Assembly (NCBI GenBank): GCA_041178425.1
Contig: JBEGVH010000010.1
Span: 128,001 to 192,000, forward strand
Direction of reading: 5' to 3'
DNA length: 64,000 nt
Origin: Pseudomonadota bacterium
GTDB lineage: Bacteria; Bdellovibrionota; Bdellovibrionia; Bdellovibrionales; Bdellovibrionaceae
Part shown: positions 20,278 through 29,363 of the stretch, in pieces
Position numbering within the stretch: position 1 is the first letter of the stretch
Layout: each line of letters opens with the position of its first letter
Made by a program: the position numbers and the translations under genes
The notes under the pieces: generated by a model
Database searches by the model: none
What the model was told of the DNA's origin: nothing
Seen by the model: only the letters and a program-made list of their open reading frames with translations

Positions 20278-21258
20278 ATGTTAATGAAACCATTTGAAAT
20301 TGAAATCACACGCGGACCCCAAACTGAAAGTAGACACTTCGTTCACGGAGTTATTTATGGACAAAAGGGCCATGTGCTTGAAGTCTATGGGAATTCCCAG
20401 CTTCCAGTTTTTCCGCGTTCTTCCTTAAAACCCATTCAGGCGTTACCTCTCATTCAAACAGGTGCCGCCGATCACTTCAATATAACCGATGCGGAACTAG
20501 CATTGGCCTGTGCTTCCCACCGTGGCGAACCCATGCATATTGAACCCATTCGAGCTTGGTTGGCCCGGATAGGCCACCAAGAAGCTGATCTAGAATGCGG
20601 AACTCATCCGCCCGTTCACCAAGAAAGCCTCTTCCATCTTCTGCGCTCGCACAATCTTCCTAGTCCCGTTCACAACAATTGTTCTGGCAAGCACACAGGA
20701 ATGCTCATGACTGCTAAACACCTGGGAGAATCACACAAGAATTATGTTTCATTAAGTCATCCGGTCCAACAAAGAATTTTGAAGGAAGTCGAAACTTTTT
20801 GTGAGTTTACTTTTGGCAATGAATCTCTGGGAGTTGATGGCTGTTCGATTCCAGCGCCATGTCTACCCTTGGAAAATCTCGCGAAGGGCTTCGCTGAGTG
20901 GATTGCTCCTCAGCGCGCTGACGAGCTTACGGCAAAGGCTTGCACGAGAATATACAAAGCCTTTGTTGATCATCCTTTGCTCACAGCTGGAACAGGTCAC
21001 TATTGCTCTGAAGTCATGATTGAAACCAAAGGTCGTGCCCTCGTGAAGGGCGGAGCTGAGGGTGTGATTGTTGCTGCCATCCCGGAACTCCAAATGGGAA
21101 TCGCTCTAAAAACCCTCGATGGAAATACTCGAGCCAGTGATCATTGCATGAGTGTGATTTTAGAGAGACTTGGGTTGTTGTCGTCCTCGAGCTTATTATT
21201 GAACCCGCACATTCAAAACTGGAATCAAATCGAGACCGGAGAAATCCGTCTTAAATGA
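20278..21258 (+). CDS. L-asparaginase II family (Rhizobium AnsA-type)
   Basis: RSSLKPIQA, CASHRGE, HNNCSGKH, VDGCSIP, KGGAEG. Confidence 0.9.
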   Translation: MLMKPFEIEITRGPQTESRHFVHGVIYGQKGHVLEVYGNSQLPVFPRSSLKPIQALPLIQTGAADHFNITDAELALACASHRGEPMHIEPIRAWLARIGHQEADLECGTHPPVHQESLFHLLRSHNLPSPVHNNCSGKHTGMLMTAKHLGESHKNYVSLSHPVQQRILKEVETFCEFTFGNESLGVDGCSIPAPCLPLENLAKGFAEWIAPQRADELTAKACTRIYKAFVDHPLLTAGTGHYCSEVMIETKGRALVKGGAEGVIVAAIPELQMGIALKTLDGNTRASDHCMSVILERLGLLSSSSLLLNPHIQNWNQIETGEIRLK

Positions 21259-21314
21259 GAAGCTTTTCTAGCGGCAAAGAGGAGTATTTCCGCTCGAGCC
21301 GAGGGGTATGCAAC

Positions 21315-21842
21315 TCATCGGCCAGAAATTCTATGATCAAGCGACAGATCTAAAAGAAGACTTTCGATCGCCATTTGAATGCGGGCAGGATGCCTTTGTA
21401 AATCAATTTTATTTTTATTCACCACGATGTCTACTTCACTGATCACCATCCGCGCCTCATCCCAATAGGCATCCATTTCAGCCGTTTCTTCTTCCGATGT
21501 TTTATTCAAATTGGTTCGAAAATAGACCCCATTTTTCCCATCTTCCAAGGGGATGTTATTGTTCTCAAGCAGTCTTGATGAATCAATACGAAATACAACC
21601 TGTGGATTTGACTTATCGTAGGAACGAAGGCGATTCACATTGATTATGGCCTCTCGAACGATCCGGGCCAACTCCAGCGGAACATCCTTATGGATTTTTA
21701 GCGATATAGGATCCACCATTCGCGTCAGATAGCCTCCCTCCCCATCGGGGGGAAGGTTATGGATAGGCTCAGCAAAAGACCGTAAACCCCAAAAAAATGT
21801 TAAACCCATGGCAAACTTTGTCAGCGCAGAAGACACAAACAC
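21315..21842 (-). CDS. secreted hypothetical protein, possibly degenerate matrixin-like
   Basis: Signal peptide; ISEVDIVVN...SLLLDLSLDH. Confidence 0.6.
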   Translation of the reverse strand: MFVSSALTKFAMGLTFFWGLRSFAEPIHNLPPDGEGGYLTRMVDPISLKIHKDVPLELARIVREAIINVNRLRSYDKSNPQVVFRIDSSRLLENNNIPLEDGKNGVYFRTNLNKTSEEETAEMDAYWDEARMVISEVDIVVNKNKIDLQRHPARIQMAIESLLLDLSLDHRISGR

Positions 21843-21900
21843 CTCTCAAAACGAACATCAGGGCACCCATGCAAGAGAGGCCCCGTTGAGAAGATGACTC

Positions 21901-21916
21901 TGCAAAGCGAACGCCA
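21901..21916 (-). promoter_or_regulatory. putative sigma54 -24/-12 promoter
   Basis: Minus strand TGGCGTTCGCTTTGCA, GG-N10-GC with canonical TTGCA, about 60 nt upstream of 21842. Confidence 0.6.
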
Positions 21917-21935
21917 ATTGGCCACGCAGCAAACA

Positions 21936-23186
21936 TCAAGCGCTGACTGGGACATAGGCCGCATCCATGCCCCTGCGGTGGATGTAAATGGCTAGAAAAA
22001 TTCCAGGAACGGCAATGAGCGAACATCCAATGAAAAACTGCGCCCACCCAAGCTGCTCCACCATAATTCCTGCAAAACCCGAAAAGAAATTTCTTCCTAA
22101 AGTCGCAAAGCTCGAAAGGAGCGCATATTGTGTCGCTGTGAATCGGCGGTTGGTTAGCTGAGCCATAAACGACAAAAATGCCGCACTTCCCATCCCACTC
22201 GTTAAGTCTTCAAATACAACGGCTACCGCGAGCGCCCAGCTTTGTGGTCCGGTGAAAACGAGAGTCGCGAAAAAAGCCGTTGATAGCGCCTGCAGGATTC
22301 CAAACAGAATGAGGGATCGGTAGATTTTTAATTTTGTGAGTAAAATACCACCCAAAAATAAACCAAACAAAGAAGACACCAGGCCTACTGTTTTTGCAAT
22401 GTACCCAACCTGCTGATTTGTGAAGTTAACATCAACATAAAATTTATTTAGCATTTGCCCCGAAAGAGAATCACCCATTTTGAAGGCAATAACAAACAAG
22501 AGGCACAAAAGGGCTCCTGGTCGACTCAGAAACTCTTTAAAGGGCTCGATGACAGCTTCTTTCAGGGTACGTACTGGTGCTTCCGTTAACTGTGGTTCCG
22601 GAATAAACAAGGTAGTAACAAAACCCACACCCATGAGCGCCGCCATTAATAAATACAACTGCTGCCAAGATAAAAAGTTTGGCCCATCACCAACCAAACC
22701 AACCCCCAACCCTCCAGACACGAGCATTGCCACTCGATATCCATAAGTAGTCATCGAGGCCCCCAGACCCATTTCTTCTTCTGGCAAAAACTCTCTGCGA
22801 AAAGCATCGATCACCGCATCTTGGGTTGAACTAAAAAAAGCAACCATGATCGCAGTAATCACCATAGGGGTGAGTGTCGTGCCAGGGTTTAAGGTGCTCA
22901 TGAAGGCAATGGCAATAATCAATGCTATTTGTGTAAGAAAAAGCCAACTTCGACGACGTCCGAATCGCGTTAACTCGTATCGATCTAACAGTGGTGCCCA
23001 GACGAATTTTAGGGAATATGCCATTCCCACCCAACTCAAAAAACCAATGGTTTTTACGTCGATGCCCTCGCGAGCTAACCACATCTTAAAAGTTCCGCCC
23101 GTCAGCAAGAGCGGTAGGCCGCTGGAAAAGCCCATCAAAACGGTCACTACCATTCGCTTCCACAATGTTTGCTGAATATTAGACAT
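21936..23186 (-). CDS. ampG: muropeptide MFS transporter AmpG
   Basis: GFSSGLP, KFVWAPLLD, GRRRSW, STQDAVIDAFR, ATQYALLSS. Confidence 0.93.
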   Translation of the reverse strand: MSNIQQTLWKRMVVTVLMGFSSGLPLLLTGGTFKMWLAREGIDVKTIGFLSWVGMAYSLKFVWAPLLDRYELTRFGRRRSWLFLTQIALIIAIAFMSTLNPGTTLTPMVITAIMVAFFSSTQDAVIDAFRREFLPEEEMGLGASMTTYGYRVAMLVSGGLGVGLVGDGPNFLSWQQLYLLMAALMGVGFVTTLFIPEPQLTEAPVRTLKEAVIEPFKEFLSRPGALLCLLFVIAFKMGDSLSGQMLNKFYVDVNFTNQQVGYIAKTVGLVSSLFGLFLGGILLTKLKIYRSLILFGILQALSTAFFATLVFTGPQSWALAVAVVFEDLTSGMGSAAFLSFMAQLTNRRFTATQYALLSSFATLGRNFFSGFAGIMVEQLGWAQFFIGCSLIAVPGIFLAIYIHRRGMDAAYVPVSA

Positions 23187-23272
23187 GGATTGATCCTTTG
23201 AATAACCAAGTTATCGAGATGAGAATCCTTCATCCCACTCAGGTTAGACTAAGGCCATAGGGCACTCTGGGT

Positions 23273-24913
23273 CTAGATAAATGTTAACTTACGCATCTTC
23301 CACAATAGGTGACTGATATACGGTCGTCTGGTCTCTCCGGTGGTCACCATGAGAAGCTTGGTTATTTTCAAATTTTTTGGATCTGTAAAAAGCAAAATGA
23401 GCATCTCTCGAATGAAATTTGTGTTGAGCGTAACGTAGTTATCAGTTCCGACCCCCAGCTGAACATTCTTTTTCTCCCACCAAGAAAAGGGATGGTCTTT
23501 AAAATCCTGAAATTTTCCGGTGAGTTTATTGTTTGATGATGGAAGCGCAACAAGAGAAACACCTTTATCAATCAATCGATTGAGAACATCATGTTGATAG
23601 TGTTCTACTTCTCTTGCCGTATGAAACTTGGCCTTTAGAAAAAGCGTCACTTCATCATCATTTAGACGATGACCCCTTATAAGTTTATCACAAACCGCCT
23701 GATTCGGGCCCCAGTCCATATCAATGAGTTCTTTGTAGGCCTCTGTCCCAATGGGAACATGCTGACCAGCTTTATTCATTTCCACCACGCGTTGGAAAAT
23801 TCGATGGAAGTAAAAATTGGGGTTTATGCCCAGACTCACCCCATGCTCGAGCGTGTCGATATGCCAAATGTTCATGGCATTATCAACGGCCTGAATCCCT
23901 TTTTTAAGAGTGTGCCAAACTTCGCCATGATGCGATCGAATCTTGAAGCCTCGATATTGAAGTTTTCGAAACCCGGTGAATAACTCATTAAAATGCTCTT
24001 TACGAAACAGATCTAACTCGCTTCCTACCGTGTCTACATCGGTCATGTAAGCTTCGAGTTCAGGATATTTTTCTAACATGTAGATGAGAGTGTTAACCTG
24101 TTCTTGAAAATGCTCTTTACGATCGCCGAAGCGAGCAGAGTCAAAAAAATCTTTTTCTTTTCTAAAGGAGGGCGAAAGAATAAAGTCAAAATCAGGCCGT
24201 TCCTTTTTGAATGCCATAAAGCCTTCAAATAAGCCGAGAATAACATCTTCGGATGAAACATCATCAGAGCCTGGAATATTTTCTCCCGAAGCAGAGCTCG
24301 CACGTGCCAAAGTAAATTTTAGACGCACTTTACCAACGTTGTACCGATGGTAAAGTTCATTAGCCATATGATAGGCAGACTCTTTATGGGCCTCGCGATC
24401 AACTAAAATCAATTTAGCAAGGTAGAGAATTTTCAAATACGAATTGAAACCTTCATTCTCACTTAGACGAATCAAAGCATCAACATCGGCCACTTTATTG
24501 ATAGGCAAGGAATCCGGACCATATACTTCTTTTATCTTCTTTTCATAAAGAGCCTTGTTGGGTCCTTCGAGAAGTTTCTGCACTCGAGGAAATATAAACT
24601 CAGCCGTTAGTGAGCCGGTAAGGTGAATGTGCTCTTCATTATACTTGATAGGAAAATGTCTAAAAAATTCAAAAAGTGCCTTAGAAACTGGGTGCTCCAA
24701 GAGTGTGTTAATTGAGACACGGTCTTGCTGAAAATCAGATAGTAACTCTCTAAATTCTCTAACACTATCAAAGGCTGCTTCATTCTTGTTTTTAAGGTCA
24801 CTTTGCAAAATAAGCTCAAGCGTATCTTGCAGGCTTATTCCATTTGTTTCGCTGATCATTCCAGTTAGCGACTTTGTCAATTCATGTATGAGTCTATCTT
24901 GTGCCTTCAACAT
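23273..24913 (-). CDS. adenosine/AMP deaminase-like metallo-amidohydrolase (divergent, with insertions)
   Basis: EEHIHLTGSL, DTVGSE, RSHHGE, LEHGVSLG, LPSSN, GTDNY. Confidence 0.7.
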   Translation of the reverse strand: MLKAQDRLIHELTKSLTGMISETNGISLQDTLELILQSDLKNKNEAAFDSVREFRELLSDFQQDRVSINTLLEHPVSKALFEFFRHFPIKYNEEHIHLTGSLTAEFIFPRVQKLLEGPNKALYEKKIKEVYGPDSLPINKVADVDALIRLSENEGFNSYLKILYLAKLILVDREAHKESAYHMANELYHRYNVGKVRLKFTLARASSASGENIPGSDDVSSEDVILGLFEGFMAFKKERPDFDFILSPSFRKEKDFFDSARFGDRKEHFQEQVNTLIYMLEKYPELEAYMTDVDTVGSELDLFRKEHFNELFTGFRKLQYRGFKIRSHHGEVWHTLKKGIQAVDNAMNIWHIDTLEHGVSLGINPNFYFHRIFQRVVEMNKAGQHVPIGTEAYKELIDMDWGPNQAVCDKLIRGHRLNDDEVTLFLKAKFHTAREVEHYQHDVLNRLIDKGVSLVALPSSNNKLTGKFQDFKDHPFSWWEKKNVQLGVGTDNYVTLNTNFIREMLILLFTDPKNLKITKLLMVTTGETRRPYISHLLWKMRKLTFI

Positions 24914-25021
24914 GCCACCAGTCTACTGCCTGTACACCAGAGAGTCTAACTTTATCACCACACTCGCTCCAAAAGAGCGGTCTAGCAAAATACTTTATAT
25001 TTAGATAAGACCTTTAACGCT

Positions 25022-25477
25022 CTAACCAGCCTTAAGGTTGAGGTAGGCCTTCCAGGTCACCGGTAAAGTTGCTGAATTCTTTAACTCCAACTCAACGGCA
25101 GTCATCCACGCCGGGGCTTCTGGCTCTCGCAACAGTGGCATGCCCGCGGCGGCTGGTGTTCGGTTGCCCTTCCTTTGATTGCAGTTGCGACAGGCGGCTA
25201 CCACATTACTCCAAGTCTCAGGGCCCTGCTTAGACACAGGAATCACATGGTCTATAGTGAGTTCTTTTTGCGAACATTTCTTGCCACAATATTGGCAGGT
25301 CGAGGAGTCTCTCAGATAAACATTTTGTTTTGAGAATCTAACAAATCGAAAAGGCGCGTAGGACACATAGGACTTTAGTCGTATAATACTTGGAACAGGA
25401 AATTTAACCCTGGGAGTGCTAACAAAAAATTGATGAAACTCGACCACCTCCACCTTCTCGGTGAGCCACATAATCAT
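25022..25477 (-). CDS. HNH endonuclease (McrA/HNH_5-like); true start probably upstream
   Basis: NVYLRDSSTCQYCG, LTIDHVIPVS, WSNVVAACRNCNQRKG; in-frame upstream LLLNASYEAL...SWQKA. Confidence 0.9.
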   Translation of the reverse strand: MIMWLTEKVEVVEFHQFFVSTPRVKFPVPSIIRLKSYVSYAPFRFVRFSKQNVYLRDSSTCQYCGKKCSQKELTIDHVIPVSKQGPETWSNVVAACRNCNQRKGNRTPAAAGMPLLREPEAPAWMTAVELELKNSATLPVTWKAYLNLKAG

Positions 25478-25679
25478 GGCTTTTTGCCAACTTATAATTT
25501 TTAAAGCCTCATAGGATGCGTTAAGTAATAAGGCTGCTTTTTTCTGAATATTTTTTATCTTTTCTTTGACTGCCCCCCTGTCTTTGCATTGACAATACTT
25601 ATATTGTAGTTAACTTAGAACTATAGAAGCAAGGCCCTAGGCCATTCTAAAGTTTTTCAATAGGATATAATAAGTTTTT

Positions 25680-26165
25680 ATGCCATCGTTCGATATCGTC
25701 TCAGAAATAAACATACAAGAAGCCGACAACGCCGTTAATCAAGCCCTCAAAGAAATCGAAGGTCGTTATGATTTTAAAGGTAGCAAAAGCGAATTAACTT
25801 GGGACAAAAAAGAAATTTCGCTTATCGCTGAAGACGATTATAAAATCGGTGCCATGAAAGACATTCTCCAATCAAAGTTTCATCGCCGTGGCATCGATAT
25901 GCGAGCGCTACAATACGGAAAAATCGAAGAAGCCGGCGGACGAATGCTTCGGCAAAAAATTACTTTAAGCCAGGGAATCGATAAAGAGAAAGCAAAGGAC
26001 ATTACGACATTTCTTCGCGACACGAAATTGAAGATTCAACCACAATTGACCGATGACAAAGTTCGCGTTTCCTCAAAAAGTATTGATACTCTTCAGGAGA
26101 CTATGAGCCTCCTGCGCGCGAAAGACTTCGGAATTCCGCTCCAATTCAACAACATGCGTTCGTGA
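25680..26165 (+). CDS. yajQ: YajQ family nucleotide / c-di-GMP-binding protein
   Basis: MPSFDIVSE, NAVNQA, RYDFKGS, QGID, PLQFNNMR. Confidence 0.95.
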   Translation: MPSFDIVSEINIQEADNAVNQALKEIEGRYDFKGSKSELTWDKKEISLIAEDDYKIGAMKDILQSKFHRRGIDMRALQYGKIEEAGGRMLRQKITLSQGIDKEKAKDITTFLRDTKLKIQPQLTDDKVRVSSKSIDTLQETMSLLRAKDFGIPLQFNNMRS

Positions 26166-26244
26166 GGTTTGATTTTCGACGGAATAGTTTAATAATATTA
26201 TTTTTAGCCTCAGATTTTCTGAGGAGGTTTATAAGGAGGCCCAA

Positions 26245-26628
26245 GTGGGTAAGAAGTTATATGTAGGCAATTTGCCTTTTACGATCGATGATCAACAATT
26301 GCACCAGGCGTTCTCGAGCTATGGCCAAGTTATGTCGGCCAAAGTTATCATGGACAGAGACTCTGGCCGAAGCAAAGGCTTCGGATTTGTTGAGATGTCA
26401 ACTGATGAAGAAGCTCAAAATGCATTGGGCTCGCTCAATGGCACCCAACTTGGTGGCAGAGACATTAACGTATCAGAAGCTCGCGATCCAGGACCTCGCA
26501 CTGGCGGCGGCGGTCCTCGCGGTGGTGGATTCCGTGGTGGCCGTGGCGGTGGCGGCGGCGGCCCTCGTGGTAACGGTGGTCCTCGTGGCGGCGGCAACAG
26601 ACCTCCTCGCCGTTTTGGTGACGACTAG
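26245..26628 (+). CDS. RRM RNA-binding protein with Gly/Arg-rich tail
   Basis: RNP2 LYVGNL, RNP1 KGFGFVEM, RGG-rich C-terminus. Confidence 0.95.
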   Translation: MGKKLYVGNLPFTIDDQQLHQAFSSYGQVMSAKVIMDRDSGRSKGFGFVEMSTDEEAQNALGSLNGTQLGGRDINVSEARDPGPRTGGGGPRGGGFRGGRGGGGGGPRGNGGPRGGGNRPPRRFGDD

Positions 26629-26653
26629 TTTTTGGTTTGATTCAATCAAGGAC

Positions 26654-26683
26654 AAAGGGCTGGGAATAACAGCCCTTTTTTTT
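26654..26683 (+). terminator. intrinsic terminator after RRM gene
   Basis: AAAGGGCTG-GGAATAA-CAGCCC-T8. Confidence 0.85.
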
Positions 26684-26737
26684 GGTTTTAAGAACCCAGC
26701 CTATCCTGTGTGACCAGCTATGGTATTCTAAAAGTGA

Positions 26738-28312
26738 ATGAGTTTAGTTTGTATCATCGAGCGAGAGCCATTTATCACAAGGCAAATCCAAACAGCGCTA
26801 ATCGAAATCGATAGCAAGCTGACCGTCGTCGCTTTCAAAGATCTTGATGGGTTTTATAAATGGTTTGCGGCTGAACTCCGAAGGATTAATAGAGAGCCTG
26901 AAACTCCGAAAGAAGATTTAAAGCTTTTAATTGGCGATCTGCAATTTTTAGGGCCTCGCTATTTCACCCTCATCGAAAAACTAAGAAAACTCATGGCCCG
27001 AAGAGGCTTTATTTCTCGCGAAGACGATCTCGCGGTCATTCTCACTGCTTTCGAAGCACCTAACTTGAACTATAAGCAAATTGAGAGTCGAATTATAAAT
27101 AATCTGATTTTTAAACCTTTCGACCTTCCAATTCTAAAGCAGCACTTACAAGTCGCATTAGCACAGCAACAAGCCATCAAAGACTACATGATTTTTAATC
27201 AAAAACTCAAAACGACAGCTGAAATGCTCAAAGAGGTTCAATTAGAATCGTTTTCCGAAATGGGTTTTACTACTCGAAGCAATCGTGAACTGCCCCTCAA
27301 TGCTGTTTCTAAATACTACTTTCAGCACTTCGAAAACGGAGCGAAAACGAGCGTATTAGCACGCTGCCTTTCCTGCATTCCCCACCCAACGGTACCTGAT
27401 GAGTACCAGGCGGAATTTAGATATCTAGGTCTCAATAACGGACAAGTAAAGAAGCTTCGTCAATCTCTCTTTAAAGCAGATTTAGAAGACAAAGATAAAA
27501 CGAAAGTCAGCAAGGTCGCTTTTCCGAAAGCAAAAAAACCAGCACCACCGGCCATCAATTTTCTAATGTTCTTAACATCAGAAACTGACCACTGCCTTGA
27601 GATCAAAGATAACGTTGAAAGTAATCTTTTTGGCATTGGAATCACTCTGAATCGCTCAATGGCGAAATTCATGGAGGCCTTGGCTAAAAACGACCTTACC
27701 GTACTAGGAGCTAAGCCCATTCATGTTGTTTTGTTGGACATTGCTTACTTTAATCCCACAAAGGGAGTTGATACATGGAGAAAAATACAGGGCCAAATTG
27801 AGGAATTTAACAAACGACTATTTGTAAAAGATCCTAAGCCCCGATTTTTCTTATTGAGCTCTCAAGAAATCCCTGATGTACACCTTAGAAACTGGGCTAG
27901 TTTATTTGAAGATGTACTCCTACTGCCAATCGATAGACCTTATCTGAATAAGCGCCTCCTGACTCTCTTTTCAGAGGCTCAACCCAAGAGAGAAAGTCTA
28001 GAGTTGCTTGGTTGTACGACCGATGAAGTATTTAGAGTAGCAAACCCAATAGAACTTGTTACTATTTCAGAAGCTTGCCTGACCATGAAGTATTATCGAC
28101 CTATTTCATTTCACTCGTTTAGACGCTTCTTTCTACCCTCGGCTCAGGCAGGTGATCTCAATGAACTTTTAGGGTCTTGCTACTTTGTTGAAAAAAAAGA
28201 CAATTTCTACATTAACTACTTTGTCTTTTTTGGGATTACTGATAGGTACCTCAAGTATATTCGCAAATGGATCTTAGAGAATTATATTGCCTCTAAGGAA
28301 GGTGCTGCCTAA
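26738..28312 (+). CDS. hypothetical protein, tandem (degenerate receiver + PilZ-like barrel) x2
   Basis: Internal duplication (LIFKPFD..ILK / LLLPIDR.YLN; ESFSEMGF / VTISEACL); receiver-like IIERE, LLIGD, VVLLD. Confidence 0.55.
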   Translation: MSLVCIIEREPFITRQIQTALIEIDSKLTVVAFKDLDGFYKWFAAELRRINREPETPKEDLKLLIGDLQFLGPRYFTLIEKLRKLMARRGFISREDDLAVILTAFEAPNLNYKQIESRIINNLIFKPFDLPILKQHLQVALAQQQAIKDYMIFNQKLKTTAEMLKEVQLESFSEMGFTTRSNRELPLNAVSKYYFQHFENGAKTSVLARCLSCIPHPTVPDEYQAEFRYLGLNNGQVKKLRQSLFKADLEDKDKTKVSKVAFPKAKKPAPPAINFLMFLTSETDHCLEIKDNVESNLFGIGITLNRSMAKFMEALAKNDLTVLGAKPIHVVLLDIAYFNPTKGVDTWRKIQGQIEEFNKRLFVKDPKPRFFLLSSQEIPDVHLRNWASLFEDVLLLPIDRPYLNKRLLTLFSEAQPKRESLELLGCTTDEVFRVANPIELVTISEACLTMKYYRPISFHSFRRFFLPSAQAGDLNELLGSCYFVEKKDNFYINYFVFFGITDRYLKYIRKWILENYIASKEGAA

Positions 28313-28335
28313 TTGATTGAACCAGGGTCATCATT

Positions 28336-29322
28336 TTGAGTGAAAAGAATTTTTCTAAAAATTTTGAAATAGAGAAAGCCGTCGAGGAACTAAAAAAAGG
28401 ATCTGTCGTTGCTATCCCTACCGAAACGGTCTACGGGCTTGCGGCCAAAATTTCAGATCTTGAAGCTATTCGAAAAATTTTCGCAACAAAAAACAGACCC
28501 TTTTTTGATCCTCTCATTGTTCATGTAGCCTCCATCGACCAGGCCAAATCTCTTGTTAAAGATTGGCCAAAGAGCGCACAAATTTTAGCAGAAGCATTTT
28601 GGCCAGGACCGCTCACTCTTGTGCTTCCCAAAGGTGATCTCATTAGCGATTTAATTACTTCTGGGCTCGAGACGGTCGCCGTCAGGCTGCCCAAACATCC
28701 CATGGCTCGAATGATCATTGAACGTCTCGGTGAACCTGTAGCTGCCCCGAGTGCAAATAAGTTTGGCCGAACGAGTCCCTCTCAGGCCCAGCACGTGCGC
28801 GATGAGTTCCAGAATGAGGTTCTCATTGTAGACGGAGGACCATGCGAAGTTGGAATTGAATCATCTATTCTAAAAGTTGTCGAGACGCCTAAAAAGACTG
28901 AACTCACTCTTCTAAGATCAGGCTCAATTTTGCCGGAACAAATTCTCAGTTCATTACAAATTCTCGGTAAAGAACTGATTTTTAATAAACCTGGAACGAA
29001 TATCGAAGCTCCTGGCCAGATCAAGCATCACTATATGCCCGGCATTCCCGTTATTTTTATTGAAGAGGAGACTTGGACCTCCCTCGGTACCATAGAGAAA
29101 ATCAATCACACTCTTGGAACTCAATTCAAACACCCCTGCCTATTACACTTGAGCAGCGCCCCCGATCAGGCAGCCCGCGAACTTTATGGTCAATTGAGGG
29201 CCTGTAGCCAGCCTCCGCACGACGTCATTCTTTTTGTACGAAAGAAATCCTATCAAGGAGAATATTGGGCGGCCCTTCTTGACCGTATGAATCGGGCCTC
29301 AACATACCATCTTTTGAATTAA
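28336..29322 (+). CDS. sua5: L-threonylcarbamoyladenylate synthase (Sua5/TsaC2)
   Basis: VAIPTETVYGLAA, KNRPFFDPLIVH, FWPGPLT, AAPSAN, GIESSI, APGQIKHHY. Confidence 0.95.
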   Translation: MSEKNFSKNFEIEKAVEELKKGSVVAIPTETVYGLAAKISDLEAIRKIFATKNRPFFDPLIVHVASIDQAKSLVKDWPKSAQILAEAFWPGPLTLVLPKGDLISDLITSGLETVAVRLPKHPMARMIIERLGEPVAAPSANKFGRTSPSQAQHVRDEFQNEVLIVDGGPCEVGIESSILKVVETPKKTELTLLRSGSILPEQILSSLQILGKELIFNKPGTNIEAPGQIKHHYMPGIPVIFIEEETWTSLGTIEKINHTLGTQFKHPCLLHLSSAPDQAARELYGQLRACSQPPHDVILFVRKKSYQGEYWAALLDRMNRASTYHLLN

Positions 29323-29363
29323 GATTTGCCGAATTCAAAGGGAATAGCTAAGGTATTTCACCT

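Noticed and set aside
23273..24913. RADAR RdrB antiphage deaminase
   Set aside because: No adjacent RdrA AAA+ ATPase and the protein is shorter than typical RdrB; kept only as an ADA-like protein of unknown substrate.
26288..26713. Alternative-frame and antisense ORFs over the RRM gene (Pro-rich, Ala/Thr-rich)
   Set aside because: Shadows of the GGC/GGT Gly-rich tail.
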